A stretch of DNA of 64,000 nucleotides from assembly GCA_041615815.1 (NCBI GenBank), contig JBFJCP010000002.1, positions 160,001 to 224,000 on the forward strand, read 5' to 3'. The DNA comes from Gemmatimonadales bacterium. Its GTDB lineage: Bacteria > Gemmatimonadota > Gemmatimonadetes > Gemmatimonadales > GWC2-71-9. Below the pieces are notes generated by a model. The model was not told where the DNA came from. It saw only the letters and a list, made by a program, of their open reading frames with translations, and did not search any database. Positions 29,362 to 40,155 of this stretch are shown piece after piece; positions within the stretch are counted from its first letter, which is position 1; each line of letters begins with the position of its first letter. The position numbers were made by a program, and so were the translations under genes.

Positions 29362-30420
29362 CTAGCTCTGCCTGCACCAATTCCCAAGCTCTCGCTTCAC
29401 CCTTCGCTCATCATTGATGATCTCATAAAACTCGTCGTAGTACGCCAGCGACCGCTCGAGCACCGCCGGTTCGAGCTCTTTCTGCTGTCGGTACAGATCG
29501 TAGATTGCCTCACGAAGTTCGTTGAAGACCTTAAACGCTCCCGGAAGAAACTCCTCGAAGACGCAGAGCCCACGATACCGACGGTCGCGTACCGTCCAGA
29601 TCCCCAGTTGCTTCCGCCGGTGCGGCTGATAGACGCTGTTGGCGTAGCGGGTTTCGATGACGCCTGCGAGATCGAAATCGTACGGCACCGCGTAGACGGG
29701 CCCGTCCATCGTGCCAAGGGGCTTCGTGTTGTGACAACACGTTCGTCGGTCTTCTTCCCGGACGAATGCGGACCAGTCGGTGTTGCCAATCATGAACTGG
29801 AAAACGCTGAGGAGGGCGATCTGCTCCGGATCGGCAAACTCGGGGGGCAGGGACGGAATCGCCAAGGATTCGAGCCCGTGTCTCGTAGCCAACATATCGT
29901 CGTCCTCAATCACAAACGCAAAGCGCGTAATCGGATCTCGGTCGCTCTCGGTATTTACATATGTGACGTGGAGGAGACGAACGCGGAAACTCACGTCATG
30001 CAGGAGATTGTAGGCCCGATAGAGCAAATACTCTTGCAGCACATACTGCTCGTACTCACGCCGTCCATCCCGGCAGTGTGTGACCAGCTTGAGCTTGTCC
30101 TGTCCGGCGAAGATCGTCCCCTCCACCTGACCCTTTCTCAGGTTCAGCCTGATCGGGGGGAACCCGCAGACGTTGCGCTGAAGTCGGGTGGTACCCCTCG
30201 TGCGGACTTTGACGTCAAACGTGTCTGGATTATCGCCGAGGGTGAGGATCACTCGCGCCGGATGCTCCGAACTCTCCTGGCTTCGATCGCGGAAGATGGT
30301 CTTGAGCGGTGCCTCGAGGACGAGCTGGATGGGGCGGGTGGCAGCAAACAGCGGTGACGGCGGGTCCTCTGGCGGAGCGGACCACAGGAAAACTGCTGCG
30401 AGCGGGAAGGCAAGTTGCAT
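29362..30420 (-). CDS. Secreted hypothetical protein, possibly CotH-like atypical kinase fold
   Basis: Signal-like N-terminus; RTRGxxR, KLKLVTHC, EYLLYRAY, IGNTDW...HN...PYDFD. Confidence 0.6.
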   Translation of the reverse strand: MQLAFPLAAVFLWSAPPEDPPSPLFAATRPIQLVLEAPLKTIFRDRSQESSEHPARVILTLGDNPDTFDVKVRTRGTTRLQRNVCGFPPIRLNLRKGQVEGTIFAGQDKLKLVTHCRDGRREYEQYVLQEYLLYRAYNLLHDVSFRVRLLHVTYVNTESDRDPITRFAFVIEDDDMLATRHGLESLAIPSLPPEFADPEQIALLSVFQFMIGNTDWSAFVREEDRRTCCHNTKPLGTMDGPVYAVPYDFDLAGVIETRYANSVYQPHRRKQLGIWTVRDRRYRGLCVFEEFLPGAFKVFNELREAIYDLYRQQKELEPAVLERSLAYYDEFYEIINDERRVKRELGNWCRQS

Positions 30421-30717
30421 ACTCCCCCCCGGCGCTGAACAAGCCACCCACTTCCTGCTGCTGCAATCTATCTCACCGGCGACCTGGGAGCCAGATCGAC
30501 CAGTGGATCGTCGTGCGCGCGTCGCCCCTTGCTCAATCCGCCACCGGGGCCTGCGCCGTATCTGGAGTTGGGGCGGTGCCGTTAGGATGCCGTAAGGCTA
30601 ATAGATAGTGGAGGTTAAGAGCTAGAGGCAGGAGGTGGGTGTCGCTGCGTGCTTGCAGCTGCGGCGACCCGCCGGGTCGCGCCGCCGATGTCCACCCCTC
30701 TCGTGCCCTCAAACCTG

Positions 30718-33432
30718 CTAGCCCCGCTCTGCGGTCTCCGTCTTCTCCCGATCCCGCTTCTTCCGCAACACCTCGGTCCATACGGTTCGATCCAGCGTGG
30801 ATGCGTGGAGTGGGTTGAACAGTAGCTTGAACGTGTTATGCGATTGGGCCCGGAAATGGGGCTCGAACGCCAACAGCACCACCTGCCCGGCACCCACCGG
30901 CACGCGGAGCGCCGCCGATTGGCCCGCCAAGTAGCGCTCGCCCCCCAACACCCAGCCGCTCGCCAAGAAATCGTCCTCGGCAAACGTGCCGTAGGAGACG
31001 ATCTCGCGTTCGATTTTCTGTTCACCCTCTTCAGCCCCGGGGATGATCTCGAGCACCTGGCTGTGTACGAAGAATGCGATCGCCTGGGCGGCCAAGCCAA
31101 ATGCCAGAGGATCGGTGGGGTCGGTCTCGAGTCGAATGAGCGATCCTGGAACGAAAAACTCGTCGGATCGCAGGTCGCGCACTCGGTTCCGGACCGGTAG
31201 TCCGAACTGGTCGATCGCAAAGTCCACCGCGTGATCGACGGCTAGCAGCCAGCCCCCCCCTTCCACGAAGCGTTTGAGGGCCAGCGAGCCCTCGAGACCA
31301 AGGCCGCCCGTATACTCCTCTGGCATCGTGCCTGCGAGATGTCCGTGTAGGATGTGCTGGGCATCTTGGTCCGGTAGGATGATGACGTCGAACCTACTCA
31401 AGTCCGCCGTGCGAATATCCAAGTCCCGCAAGTTCTCGAATTCGAAGTCGTATTGTTCGAGGAGCCAACGCGTCCATCCTTCCGGCATGTTGGCGCGCCA
31501 ACTCCGATACAGTCCTATCGTGGGCGCGCGTACTCGAGCGAGTGCGACATCGGGCATCGCATTGAGCGCCCGAACCTCGAGACCATGCTCCTCCGCGATG
31601 GCCCGCACCAGCTCGGTATCCACGTCGCTGACAACAATGGTGCCCGCCGGCCACGTCACATTTCCGATCTCGAACGTGTCCAACGTCCACGCCACGACGG
31701 CCCCCTGGCCCAGCAGCCGATTGGTAGCGCGAGCACTCGCATTCGGTTCGTGGGAAATCAGGAAAGCCGTGGAGCCTCTTCCGCGAATGTTTCCACTCGG
31801 GACGCTGATCGCTTCTGGCGCACCCACCGGTTCGCCTGACCACTCGAACGGCTCGGTGATTCGATCCACCTGCACGCCCATCACGAGGGGAAGCTCGTAT
31901 CCCGTCATGTCGTAGGGTGGATCGGGAGGCCCACCGGGATATTGCAGAATCTCCGGGTAGTCCTTCGTGTCCATGAGATCCACGAGGAACGGTCGGAAGG
32001 CCTGGGGAGGCATGAGGTACGTGCCGGCAGGATACGAATGCTCTCCGGCACGCACGTCGCGGGTGGCTCGGTGGATCTCGATCCCACCATGCCGTAACGC
32101 CCGAAGCATTTCCACAGCGCGGCCCGGATCTCGTTGCGCGCCCAGATCCACGACGTACGCGTAAGGGCCTCCTTCCGCCTTCCGCATCTTCTCGATCTGG
32201 CGGGATCCCATGCGGAAGATGTTGAACAACCATTCGTCCCGATATCGCGCCGCTGCATCGAGCACCGCTTTATCTGCAGTGAGCATGTAATCCATGGCGT
32301 TTGCGATGTGCCAGCAGCCCCCCAGCCACGGATCGGGATACATGGCCGAGGGCCGCTTGGCCGGGAGGTTGTCCGCACGGGCGCCAAACGTCTCGGGAAT
32401 GTCATCCGGCTCGTAACAGTGTGGTGTGGCATACCGGTACAAAGCGGTCTCCGTGATGAATCCAACCATGTTGTGAAAGGCGGGTGATTCGGACATGTAG
32501 CCGGGCCACCATCCGTCGTAGACGATGCCGCTCGAGGCACCTGGTTTCCCTTCCCTGCTAAAACGTCGCTTCATGACGTCCCCGATCAGGTTGAGACTCG
32601 ACACGACCAAGGGATCCATGTTGGGATTGATGGGATCTTCCACTGGCGGCATCCAGATACGCCCAGGAAAGGGACCGCTCTGGTGGTGATTGTAAACGAG
32701 TTGGGGGAACCATTCATGGTAGAGCTGGCGTGCCACCGCTTGATGCTCCACCTGCGTAAACATGTACCAGTCGCGGTTGTTGTCGTGGCCGACATAATGA
32801 TGGTAGAGCTCCGGAACCGGCTGCGTCTCGAAGGGTGTGCCGACGACCCGACGGTACCAATCCACCACGATGTCCAAGCCGTCGGGATTCATGTTCACCA
32901 TGAGCAGGAGAATTACGTTGTCCCGAATCCGCTGTGCTTCGACGTCCTCCGAGGAAACCAGCCAGTGGGCAAGCCCGGGTGCGTGCTGACCGTGCGCTAC
33001 TTCGGTGCTGTGGAGTCCAACATCAATCCACACCACGACCTTCCCTTCCTCGGCCAGGGCGCGGGCTTCCTCATCGGTGAGATCGCGCGCCAGCGCCAGA
33101 CGGCGGCTGATGGACTTATAGCGCGTCCGGTTGGCAAGGTTCTCCGGACTCGAGATCAACGCCATGTACAACGGCTTGCCCCGAGAGCTCCGTCCAATCT
33201 CCTCGAGCGTGATCCGGTCCGAGGCGTGGGAGAGAGCCAGAAAGTACGTGGTGATCTGCTCGTAGTCGGCGAGCTTGAGATCGGTCCCCGGAACGAATCC
33301 GATGACCTGTTCGGGCGTTGGGAGCGGACTCGTTTCGGCCGTCTGGGCAACCGCCGGGGGCACCGTAATAAGGAAAGCAAGCGCCGCGAGGACGCCCCGA
33401 GTGGCTGCTCCAGGCTCGGACAACCGTGTCAT
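30718..33432 (-). CDS. Secreted M14-family zinc carboxypeptidase with C-terminal glutamine-amidotransferase-like domain
   Basis: LHSTE (HxxE), NPDG, HDNNRDW, HHQ motifs; signal peptide; GGAG RBS. Confidence 0.88.
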   Translation of the reverse strand: MTRLSEPGAATRGVLAALAFLITVPPAVAQTAETSPLPTPEQVIGFVPGTDLKLADYEQITTYFLALSHASDRITLEEIGRSSRGKPLYMALISSPENLANRTRYKSISRRLALARDLTDEEARALAEEGKVVVWIDVGLHSTEVAHGQHAPGLAHWLVSSEDVEAQRIRDNVILLLMVNMNPDGLDIVVDWYRRVVGTPFETQPVPELYHHYVGHDNNRDWYMFTQVEHQAVARQLYHEWFPQLVYNHHQSGPFPGRIWMPPVEDPINPNMDPLVVSSLNLIGDVMKRRFSREGKPGASSGIVYDGWWPGYMSESPAFHNMVGFITETALYRYATPHCYEPDDIPETFGARADNLPAKRPSAMYPDPWLGGCWHIANAMDYMLTADKAVLDAAARYRDEWLFNIFRMGSRQIEKMRKAEGGPYAYVVDLGAQRDPGRAVEMLRALRHGGIEIHRATRDVRAGEHSYPAGTYLMPPQAFRPFLVDLMDTKDYPEILQYPGGPPDPPYDMTGYELPLVMGVQVDRITEPFEWSGEPVGAPEAISVPSGNIRGRGSTAFLISHEPNASARATNRLLGQGAVVAWTLDTFEIGNVTWPAGTIVVSDVDTELVRAIAEEHGLEVRALNAMPDVALARVRAPTIGLYRSWRANMPEGWTRWLLEQYDFEFENLRDLDIRTADLSRFDVIILPDQDAQHILHGHLAGTMPEEYTGGLGLEGSLALKRFVEGGGWLLAVDHAVDFAIDQFGLPVRNRVRDLRSDEFFVPGSLIRLETDPTDPLAFGLAAQAIAFFVHSQVLEIIPGAEEGEQKIEREIVSYGTFAEDDFLASGWVLGGERYLAGQSAALRVPVGAGQVVLLAFEPHFRAQSHNTFKLLFNPLHASTLDRTVWTEVLRKKRDREKTETAERG

Positions 33433-33649
33433 GACATGCTCCGGAGGGGGGTTACGCCAAGGTTGGGCACCGGAGCCTCCGGGGGCAAGAGCGCCGAAAC
33501 CAGGGGCCAGTTCCCTCGGATGCTCCCATCCTACCCACGTGCCCTCTTCCCCATATCTGGCCCAGCCCTTGCACTACTGAGGCACCACACGAGCAGGTGC
33601 CAACAACCAGGCCGCGTCTCTGCGCGCCCTCAGAGTACGGAGCCAGTTT

Positions 33650-33925
33650 ATGAGCGTCCTACGGGGAGCTTGGGAGCGGTGGTGTGCCCGTGACCGGGGA
33701 CTTCATCGCACCTTCAAGAAAGAAATCCGCCAAGCCCCGGTCACCACGACCATCGAACTCACCCTCTGGCCAGCCCTCATGGGCCTGCTCGCCTTGGCCT
33801 TCCAGAGCTGGGTGCTCTTCCTGTTGGGAATGAGCATCATTCTGGCGGGTCTGACTGTGGTTCCGTTCCTGCAGGATATCCGAACCGAGATGGTGGTTCG
33901 GAATGGGAGCAATCGAGCCGCGTAA
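33650..33925 (+). CDS. Small hypothetical membrane protein
   Basis: GGAG RBS; two hydrophobic segments. Confidence 0.5.
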   Translation: MSVLRGAWERWCARDRGLHRTFKKEIRQAPVTTTIELTLWPALMGLLALAFQSWVLFLLGMSIILAGLTVVPFLQDIRTEMVVRNGSNRAA

Positions 33926-33996
33926 ACGGCGTCCAGTTGGAAGCACGGACACGCCCGCACGAGCCCTCGGCGGACGGGCGTGCCTGCCATTGCACC

Positions 33997-35316
33997 TCAG
34001 GACGTGGCGTGCCTCCGCATATAGTCCAGCGTCATGTTGGTCAGCGCACGCACCCCGAGCTTGAGTCCCGATTCGTCGATGAAGAAGTCTGGGGTATGGT
34101 GCGGTGCGGCTTCGTCTGCCGTTTTGTCGAGCGGTTTTCCCCCTAGAAAGAAGAAGAACCCCGGTACCTGCTCCGCGAAGAAGGAGAAGTCCTCCGCACC
34201 GGTGATGGCGTTCATGAGCTGCACGTTGTCGCTGCCGGCAACCTCATACAGTGCCGGCAACATCTCTTCCACCAGCGCCGGGTCATTGTAGGTCACAGGA
34301 TAGGAAGTGGTCAGCGGAATTTGCACTTCGGCGGTGGCGCCCATGCTCTGGGCGATATGCGTGGCCGTTCGGCGAATGCGCTCGTGGATCTGGTCGCGCA
34401 TCTCGCGGTCGAGTGTCCGAATCGTACCCACCATCTCGACCTGTTCGGGGATGATGTTCGAGCGGACGCCACCGTGGATGCTGCCAATGGAAACGACGGC
34501 GGCGTTCTTGGTGAGCTCGACCTGCCGACTCACGATGGTCTGCAGACCATTGATGATTTGCGCCGACACGACGATCGGATCAACACCGGCCCACGGCTGG
34601 GAGCCGTGTGTTTGCACCCCTTTGACGGTGATGCCGAAATCGTCCACGGCGGCGAGGAGACCGGCCGGGCGGTAGCCGATGATTCCTACGTCCTGTTTGG
34701 CCCAAATATGTAGGCCGAAAATGACGTCCACGTCCGGGTTCTCGAGAACTCCTTCCCGGACCATCAGCTCCGCGCCCCCCTCTTCTCCCGCCGGTGCACC
34801 TTCCTCGGCCGGCTGAAAGATGAACTTCACGGTGCCCGGCAGGTCATCCTTCATCGACGCCAGAATTTCGGCCACACCCATCAGGATCGCGACATGGGTG
34901 TCGTGCCCGCACGCGTGCATCACACCCACGTTTTGGCCGTTGAAGACGGACGTCACTTTGGAAGCGAACGGCAACGCAACCCGTTCCGTCACGGGAAGCC
35001 CATCCATGTCCGCACGGAGCGCGACGACGGGACCGGACCGCCCGCCCCTGAGCACTCCGACCACACCGGTATGGGCCACCTTCTGCGTCACTTCGATACC
35101 GAGGGATTCGAGATGGGCAGCCACTCGCTGCGCGGTGCGAAACTCTCTGTTGGAGAGTTCGGGGTGCTCGTGAAAGTCCCTTCGCCACTCAATGACCTTG
35201 GATTCAATGGCGTCAGCCATGCCATCCACTTGGGATGACGGTGCCTGCGCTCGAATTGGTAAAGACCACACCATCGGGACGAGAAGGAACGAGAGTATCG
35301 GGATACGTGTCAGCAT
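33997..35316 (-). CDS. M20D-family amidohydrolase
   Basis: HPELSNRE, LRADMDGLP, MHACGHDTH, FQPAEEG, AEDFS, HHTP. Confidence 0.93.
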   Translation of the reverse strand: MLTRIPILSFLLVPMVWSLPIRAQAPSSQVDGMADAIESKVIEWRRDFHEHPELSNREFRTAQRVAAHLESLGIEVTQKVAHTGVVGVLRGGRSGPVVALRADMDGLPVTERVALPFASKVTSVFNGQNVGVMHACGHDTHVAILMGVAEILASMKDDLPGTVKFIFQPAEEGAPAGEEGGAELMVREGVLENPDVDVIFGLHIWAKQDVGIIGYRPAGLLAAVDDFGITVKGVQTHGSQPWAGVDPIVVSAQIINGLQTIVSRQVELTKNAAVVSIGSIHGGVRSNIIPEQVEMVGTIRTLDREMRDQIHERIRRTATHIAQSMGATAEVQIPLTTSYPVTYNDPALVEEMLPALYEVAGSDNVQLMNAITGAEDFSFFAEQVPGFFFFLGGKPLDKTADEAAPHHTPDFFIDESGLKLGVRALTNMTLDYMRRHATS

Positions 35317-35439
35317 GAGTGTGGGTCAGCTCCGGTCGAGAGTTCGATTGATCAAGGCCGCACGCGGCTGATTATCGACGAGGCCGCAGTGCGGTCACGC
35401 ACTCGGGAACAATGTCAACACCGCGTACAACGACTTCGC

Positions 35440-36747
35440 TCATAACACACCAGCCGCCAGGGTTGCCAAACCGAGAAAGCTCAGAAACCCCACGACATCC
35501 GTGACCGTCGTCAGAACGATCGATGACGCCGCAGCAGGATCCTGACCCAGGACACTCAAGATCATCGGAATCGACGCGCCCGCCAACCCCGCAATGACCA
35601 TCGAGGAAACCATCGCCGTCATGATGACACCCGCGAGCCCAGGTGAGCGACTCCATACGTAGACGGCGAGTCCGGTGACCAGCGCAACCGCTACGCCGTT
35701 CACAGCTCCAACCATGAGCTCTTTCCCGGAAATCCGGAACCAATGGCGTACGCGGATCTCGCGAAGCGCGAGCCCGCGCATCGTGACAGCAAGCGCTTGC
35801 GCACCGGTGTTGCCCGATTGACCGGCCACGACCGGCAGCAATACCGCCAGAGCGGTGAATTGCGCGATGGTGCTCTCGAACAGTCCCACGACGAACGCCG
35901 CCAAGAACGCCGTAAGTAGATTGATCTGGAGCCACGGCAAGCGCTTCCGAACCGCGAACCACGCCGGGGAAAGCGCCCGTTCGTCTTTACTGGCTCCCAC
36001 CATCGTCTGCACGTCTGCGGATGCTTCTGCCTCGGTCGCGGCGAGGAGCCCCTGTTGCCGGATGATACCCACGACTCGGCCGTGAAAATCCACCACTGGC
36101 ACGCTCGGAAGCTGGTGCTGGGTGAGAACCTCCACCACCTCTGTTTGCGAGGCCGTGGCCTGAACCGCGGGCGGGTGCTTGCGCATGAGACTCTCGAGCG
36201 GCGCCCGGGTCTCGGCAATGGCCAGCTCCTGAAGCGGCACGGCGCCAATGAGCACACCGTCGTCGTCGACCACGACAAGTTGCGGAATTTGTTTATGACG
36301 GAGCCTTCGTAGCCTCGCCAGCGCATCGAGCACCAGCGCATTGGCTCGGAAGGTCGAGACCCGCGGATCCATCAACCCACCAGCTGAATCGGATGGATAC
36401 GTCATGAGCGCGCGAAGCTCGGCTGCCAGTTCATCCGTCAAGAGCCGCAATCGCGCGTCGCGCAGGTCGTCGTCCATGCGCGCGAGGACGGCCGCGACCC
36501 AACCGGGATCCACGGCCGGAACGATCTGTCGGAACAGGACCTCCGGCAGTCGCTCGAGCACCTCGACGGCCACGTCCGGGCGGAGTCGCTCGGTGAGCGC
36601 GATGGCCTGCGTGACCGGTTGGCTCTCCAACAGTTCCACGATTTCGGCCGGTGGAGCGGACTCAAGCTGGCGGGCAGCTTCTGCCGGATACAACAAGGCA
36701 AACCGGTTGGCCAACGCCTGGGCTGTTCGTTCGTGTTCACTGGCCAT
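35440..36747 (-). CDS. mgtE: Magnesium transporter MgtE
   Basis: MgtE_N and CBS pair (YPxDSAGGLM), RLPWL, PVVAGQSGNTGAQ, TTVTDVVG. Confidence 0.9.
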   Translation of the reverse strand: MASEHERTAQALANRFALLYPAEAARQLESAPPAEIVELLESQPVTQAIALTERLRPDVAVEVLERLPEVLFRQIVPAVDPGWVAAVLARMDDDLRDARLRLLTDELAAELRALMTYPSDSAGGLMDPRVSTFRANALVLDALARLRRLRHKQIPQLVVVDDDGVLIGAVPLQELAIAETRAPLESLMRKHPPAVQATASQTEVVEVLTQHQLPSVPVVDFHGRVVGIIRQQGLLAATEAEASADVQTMVGASKDERALSPAWFAVRKRLPWLQINLLTAFLAAFVVGLFESTIAQFTALAVLLPVVAGQSGNTGAQALAVTMRGLALREIRVRHWFRISGKELMVGAVNGVAVALVTGLAVYVWSRSPGLAGVIMTAMVSSMVIAGLAGASIPMILSVLGQDPAAASSIVLTTVTDVVGFLSFLGLATLAAGVL

Positions 36748-37564
36748 CGGTGGCCTCCCGATGTCCTATCGTGCCCTCGAACCCGAACAACACTTTGGAA
36801 AAGCCGTTCCAGTAGAGCTCTGCTAGGTTGATCAGAGGACTGAACCCACTGACGCCGGTCCGTACCTGTTCCATGAGGCGGCGCAGTGCCCGGTGACGGA
36901 TCACGCCGAGGAAACTTCCCGATCCGTCTACCACTGGGAGGGCGTCGAATTCCAACCAGGCCGGGTCAGCGGCGACCGTGTGCAGATCGGTGTGCCCGCG
37001 CACAGCTACGGGTCCACGACGCATGATCGCGTTGAGCGTCGCCGGGCCCGATGAGGACATCAGCTCGCCTAGATCCAGTACACCCACCAATCGATCACCG
37101 CGGTCCAGAACGTACAGGTAGGAAAACACCCGCTCAGGGGCTTGCCGCAGGAGCTTCAGCGCGTCCGCCACCGAGAGGTCTTCGGGCAGCGTGAGCACCG
37201 ACGGATCGGCCAGGGCACCGGCCGTGCCCTCGGGGAATCGCAGCAGTCGGGTGACGGCATCCGCCAGATCTCTTGGCAACGTCGAGAGCAACGGCTGCGG
37301 ATCCTTCATCTGGCGGAGCACCCGCGCGGCGACCGTGGCAGGGAGCGCGGACACGATGCGAGCGGCCTGTGCCTGATCCATCGCTGCCAGACAGCCACCG
37401 GCTCGCGTCGAGCTCATTTGCGACAAGACACCCGTGACGTCCGCTGGAGCCAGGATCGCGAGAAACGAAGCGGTATCCGTTGGGGGGAGCCGCTCCATCA
37501 GACGCGCCGCATCATCGGGGTGCTGCGTCGTGAAGGCAACGCCCATTCTCTGTGCGAGTTCCAC
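36737..37564 (-). CDS. MgtE cytosolic-domain-only protein (MgtE_N plus CBS, no TM domain)
   Basis: FPEGTAGAL, YLYVLD...LVGV, LPVVD; GGAGG RBS before GTG 37564. Confidence 0.75.
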   Translation of the reverse strand: MELAQRMGVAFTTQHPDDAARLMERLPPTDTASFLAILAPADVTGVLSQMSSTRAGGCLAAMDQAQAARIVSALPATVAARVLRQMKDPQPLLSTLPRDLADAVTRLLRFPEGTAGALADPSVLTLPEDLSVADALKLLRQAPERVFSYLYVLDRGDRLVGVLDLGELMSSSGPATLNAIMRRGPVAVRGHTDLHTVAADPAWLEFDALPVVDGSGSFLGVIRHRALRRLMEQVRTGVSGFSPLINLAELYWNGFSKVLFGFEGTIGHREATDGQ

Positions 37565-37565
37565 G

Positions 37566-38381
37566 TTAGCTCGCCTCCGTGAGAAGGATGGACGTTTCTT
37601 CGCTGAACCGCATTGCGGGAATGTGGACGCGACCTTCATCGGTATGTACGACAACTGCGGTTGGCGTCGTCTCCACCACCCGCCCCTGTATGGCTCCGAT
37701 CCGGACCATCTGTCCGGGCCGGTAGGCTTGGGATGCGTAGTGGGACGCGATGATATTGCTTACCGCGGTGCGTGCCCCCAGACCAAAAGCAATACCCGCA
37801 CCGCCCAAGAACGTGGCAAAGATCACGGCCACGATCACGACGAACAGTTGGCCGCGAATGCCGATCTGCTCCAACCCCACCACGATGGCCACCAGGAGAA
37901 TCGTAGTCTGGACCGCACGGCCAAGCGTGGCCGCGCGGGCAATACCGGCGGTGCTCGCGGCGGTGATCACGCCACCACCTGCCAGTTTCCCCACCACGAG
38001 ACCGCCGACCACGATGAGCACACCCGCCAGGACATTCGGGAGATAGTGCGTGACTTGTCGCAGCGAGCTGCTGAGCACCGGGAGCCCAAGCGTTTCGATG
38101 GCGGCCGCCAGGAAGAGCAAAAGGACCAACCAGAAAACGAAACCGCCCACCAAGCGAGCAATCGTGGGCCGGACACCGCTGGTCTCGAGCGCTCTCTCCA
38201 CCGCGGTGTCCCTCCCGACCCGCCGTAAGACCCGCTCGGTACCACGGCGACTTGCGACGCGCAGGAGGAGCGCCACGAGCCACCCCAGGAGTAGGAGCCC
38301 AGCCGCACTGGCCAGCGTAGGGAGAAACTGCCCGAGTTCCGACGCAAACGTGCGGAACTGGGCGAGGAACAGTGGTAGCAT
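37566..38381 (-). CDS. MscS-like small mechanosensitive channel family protein (TM-helix repeat type)
   Basis: YLPNVL, AFGLGAR, SNIIA...GQMVRIG..QGRV..IP. Confidence 0.8.
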   Translation of the reverse strand: MLPLFLAQFRTFASELGQFLPTLASAAGLLLLGWLVALLLRVASRRGTERVLRRVGRDTAVERALETSGVRPTIARLVGGFVFWLVLLLFLAAAIETLGLPVLSSSLRQVTHYLPNVLAGVLIVVGGLVVGKLAGGGVITAASTAGIARAATLGRAVQTTILLVAIVVGLEQIGIRGQLFVVIVAVIFATFLGGAGIAFGLGARTAVSNIIASHYASQAYRPGQMVRIGAIQGRVVETTPTAVVVHTDEGRVHIPAMRFSEETSILLTEAS

Positions 38382-38664
38382 TGGAACCTCCATAAGCGTA
38401 TCCCGCAAAGCGGATGGCGGCGTTATGGGCCACGGACCACGAGGGCACTGCCGCCAGCGTCACCGACCGAACCGCTCGGCATTCAGATGGAAAGTACGGC
38501 TCCCCCAGGGTTTCCGGGATTATCCACCGCTCGGGCCGATGCGCCAGCGAGCACGCCGCTGGCGGATTCGGGCCTGCGGCACATAGTTTGATGATGTGCT
38601 CCTGGAAGCCCTCCCCCAAGCGCCCAGCGCAGCTTCCACGAGAGCAACGGCTTCCATAAACGCA

Positions 38665-40077
38665 ATGTCCCGCCCCGAGCGAGGCCCCGTGACCGACCTC
38701 GATCGCCGAGATTTTCTGAAGCAATCCGCCGACATGGCGGGCCGCGCCGTCGGGGGCCTCGTCGCTCTTGGCGTCTTCGCCGCCAACCCGCGTCTGGGAC
38801 CGATGACCCGGCGACCCACCGCCCCGAAAGGCGATGGTGGCTATGGCAAGTTGGTGCGGGCGGGGCCCGAGCTCGAACTACCCGAAGGGTTCACTTACCG
38901 CGTGCTGGGTGCCGAGGGAAGCACGATGTCGGACGGCCACGTCACGCCAGGCCGGCACGACGGCATGGGCGCCTTCCCGCTCCCCAACGGGAACATCCGT
39001 CTGATCCGCAATCACGAAGTGGACAACGTGCCCGCGCGCGATGCCGCCATGGGAAGCCCGGACACGGCCTACGATTTCGCTGCCGGAGGTGGTACGACCT
39101 CGTTGGAGGTAGATCCTACCACTCGCGAACTGGTGCGAGACTTCATCAGCATGAACGGCACATGGCGGAACTGTGCCGGCGGGCCCACGCCGTGGGGGTC
39201 CTGGCTTTCGTGTGAAGAAGCGTTTTTTGGCCCGGAGTCGGGATTCCTCGAATTCCACGGGTACGTGTTCGAGGTCCCTGTCACACGCGAGGAGTGTCAG
39301 TACACCGAACCGCTCACCGCCATGGGTCGGTTCGTCCACGAGGCCGTGGCCGTCGATCCCGCCACGGGCATCGTGTACGAAACGGAGGACCACTATCGCG
39401 CCGGGTTTTATCGCTTCCTGCCGGTGGAGCCCGGGAGAGACGGGAAGCCGGGGAATCTCCGTGCCGGCGGGCGACTGCAGATGTTGGCGGTCCGCAATCG
39501 GCCCAAATACGACACTACCAAGGGGCGGCGCGTGGGAGAGACGCACCCCGTCACCTGGGTCGACATTCAGGAACCGGATCCCAAAGGGGGACCCCGGGCA
39601 TTCGGGGCCGTGTTCGAACAGGGGTTTGCCGCCGGTGGAGCGAGATTCAGCCGGCTCGAGGGGTGCTTCTGTGCCAATGGCAACACGTATTTCGTCGCCA
39701 CGGACGGCGGGAACAAGCAGCTGGGTCAGGTGTGGCAGTACCGGCCACACGGACCAGACCACGGCGGTCTGACGCTCGTGTTCGAGTCCCCCCACAAGAA
39801 CATCCTCAAGCGACCAGACAACATCTGCGTGAGTCCACGAGGGGCGATCATCATCTGTGAAGATGCGAACGAGCGACGCCAGTACGTGCGTGGGCTCACG
39901 AAAGACGGCAAGGTGTTCGATATCGCTGCCAACATGGCCAATGACACCGAGGTCTCCGGGCCCACGTTCAGCCCCGACGGCAAGACACTCTTCTTCAACT
40001 CGTACGGCAATGAAAAACGACGTCACGCCGGCATGACGTTCGCCGTGTGGGGCCCGTGGGAGCGGGGCGCCGTTTGA
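38665..40077 (+). CDS. PhoX-like alkaline phosphatase (DUF839), Tat-exported
   Basis: DRRDFL Tat motif; HDGM, LIRNHE, NCAGGPTPWGSWLSCEE, MGRFVHEA, PDN. Confidence 0.88.
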   Translation: MSRPERGPVTDLDRRDFLKQSADMAGRAVGGLVALGVFAANPRLGPMTRRPTAPKGDGGYGKLVRAGPELELPEGFTYRVLGAEGSTMSDGHVTPGRHDGMGAFPLPNGNIRLIRNHEVDNVPARDAAMGSPDTAYDFAAGGGTTSLEVDPTTRELVRDFISMNGTWRNCAGGPTPWGSWLSCEEAFFGPESGFLEFHGYVFEVPVTREECQYTEPLTAMGRFVHEAVAVDPATGIVYETEDHYRAGFYRFLPVEPGRDGKPGNLRAGGRLQMLAVRNRPKYDTTKGRRVGETHPVTWVDIQEPDPKGGPRAFGAVFEQGFAAGGARFSRLEGCFCANGNTYFVATDGGNKQLGQVWQYRPHGPDHGGLTLVFESPHKNILKRPDNICVSPRGAIIICEDANERRQYVRGLTKDGKVFDIAANMANDTEVSGPTFSPDGKTLFFNSYGNEKRRHAGMTFAVWGPWERGAV

Positions 40078-40155
40078 GCATTCGCCCCTAGCGCGCCGTT
40101 CCGGGCATCTGCTGCCCGCGCGGTGCGTTGGCCCTGTATGGGGGCAGCCGCGGGC

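Noticed and set aside
30593..30617. AT-rich TAAG-N18-TTA intergenic motif
   Set aside because: Single imperfect copy; cannot be supported from this window.
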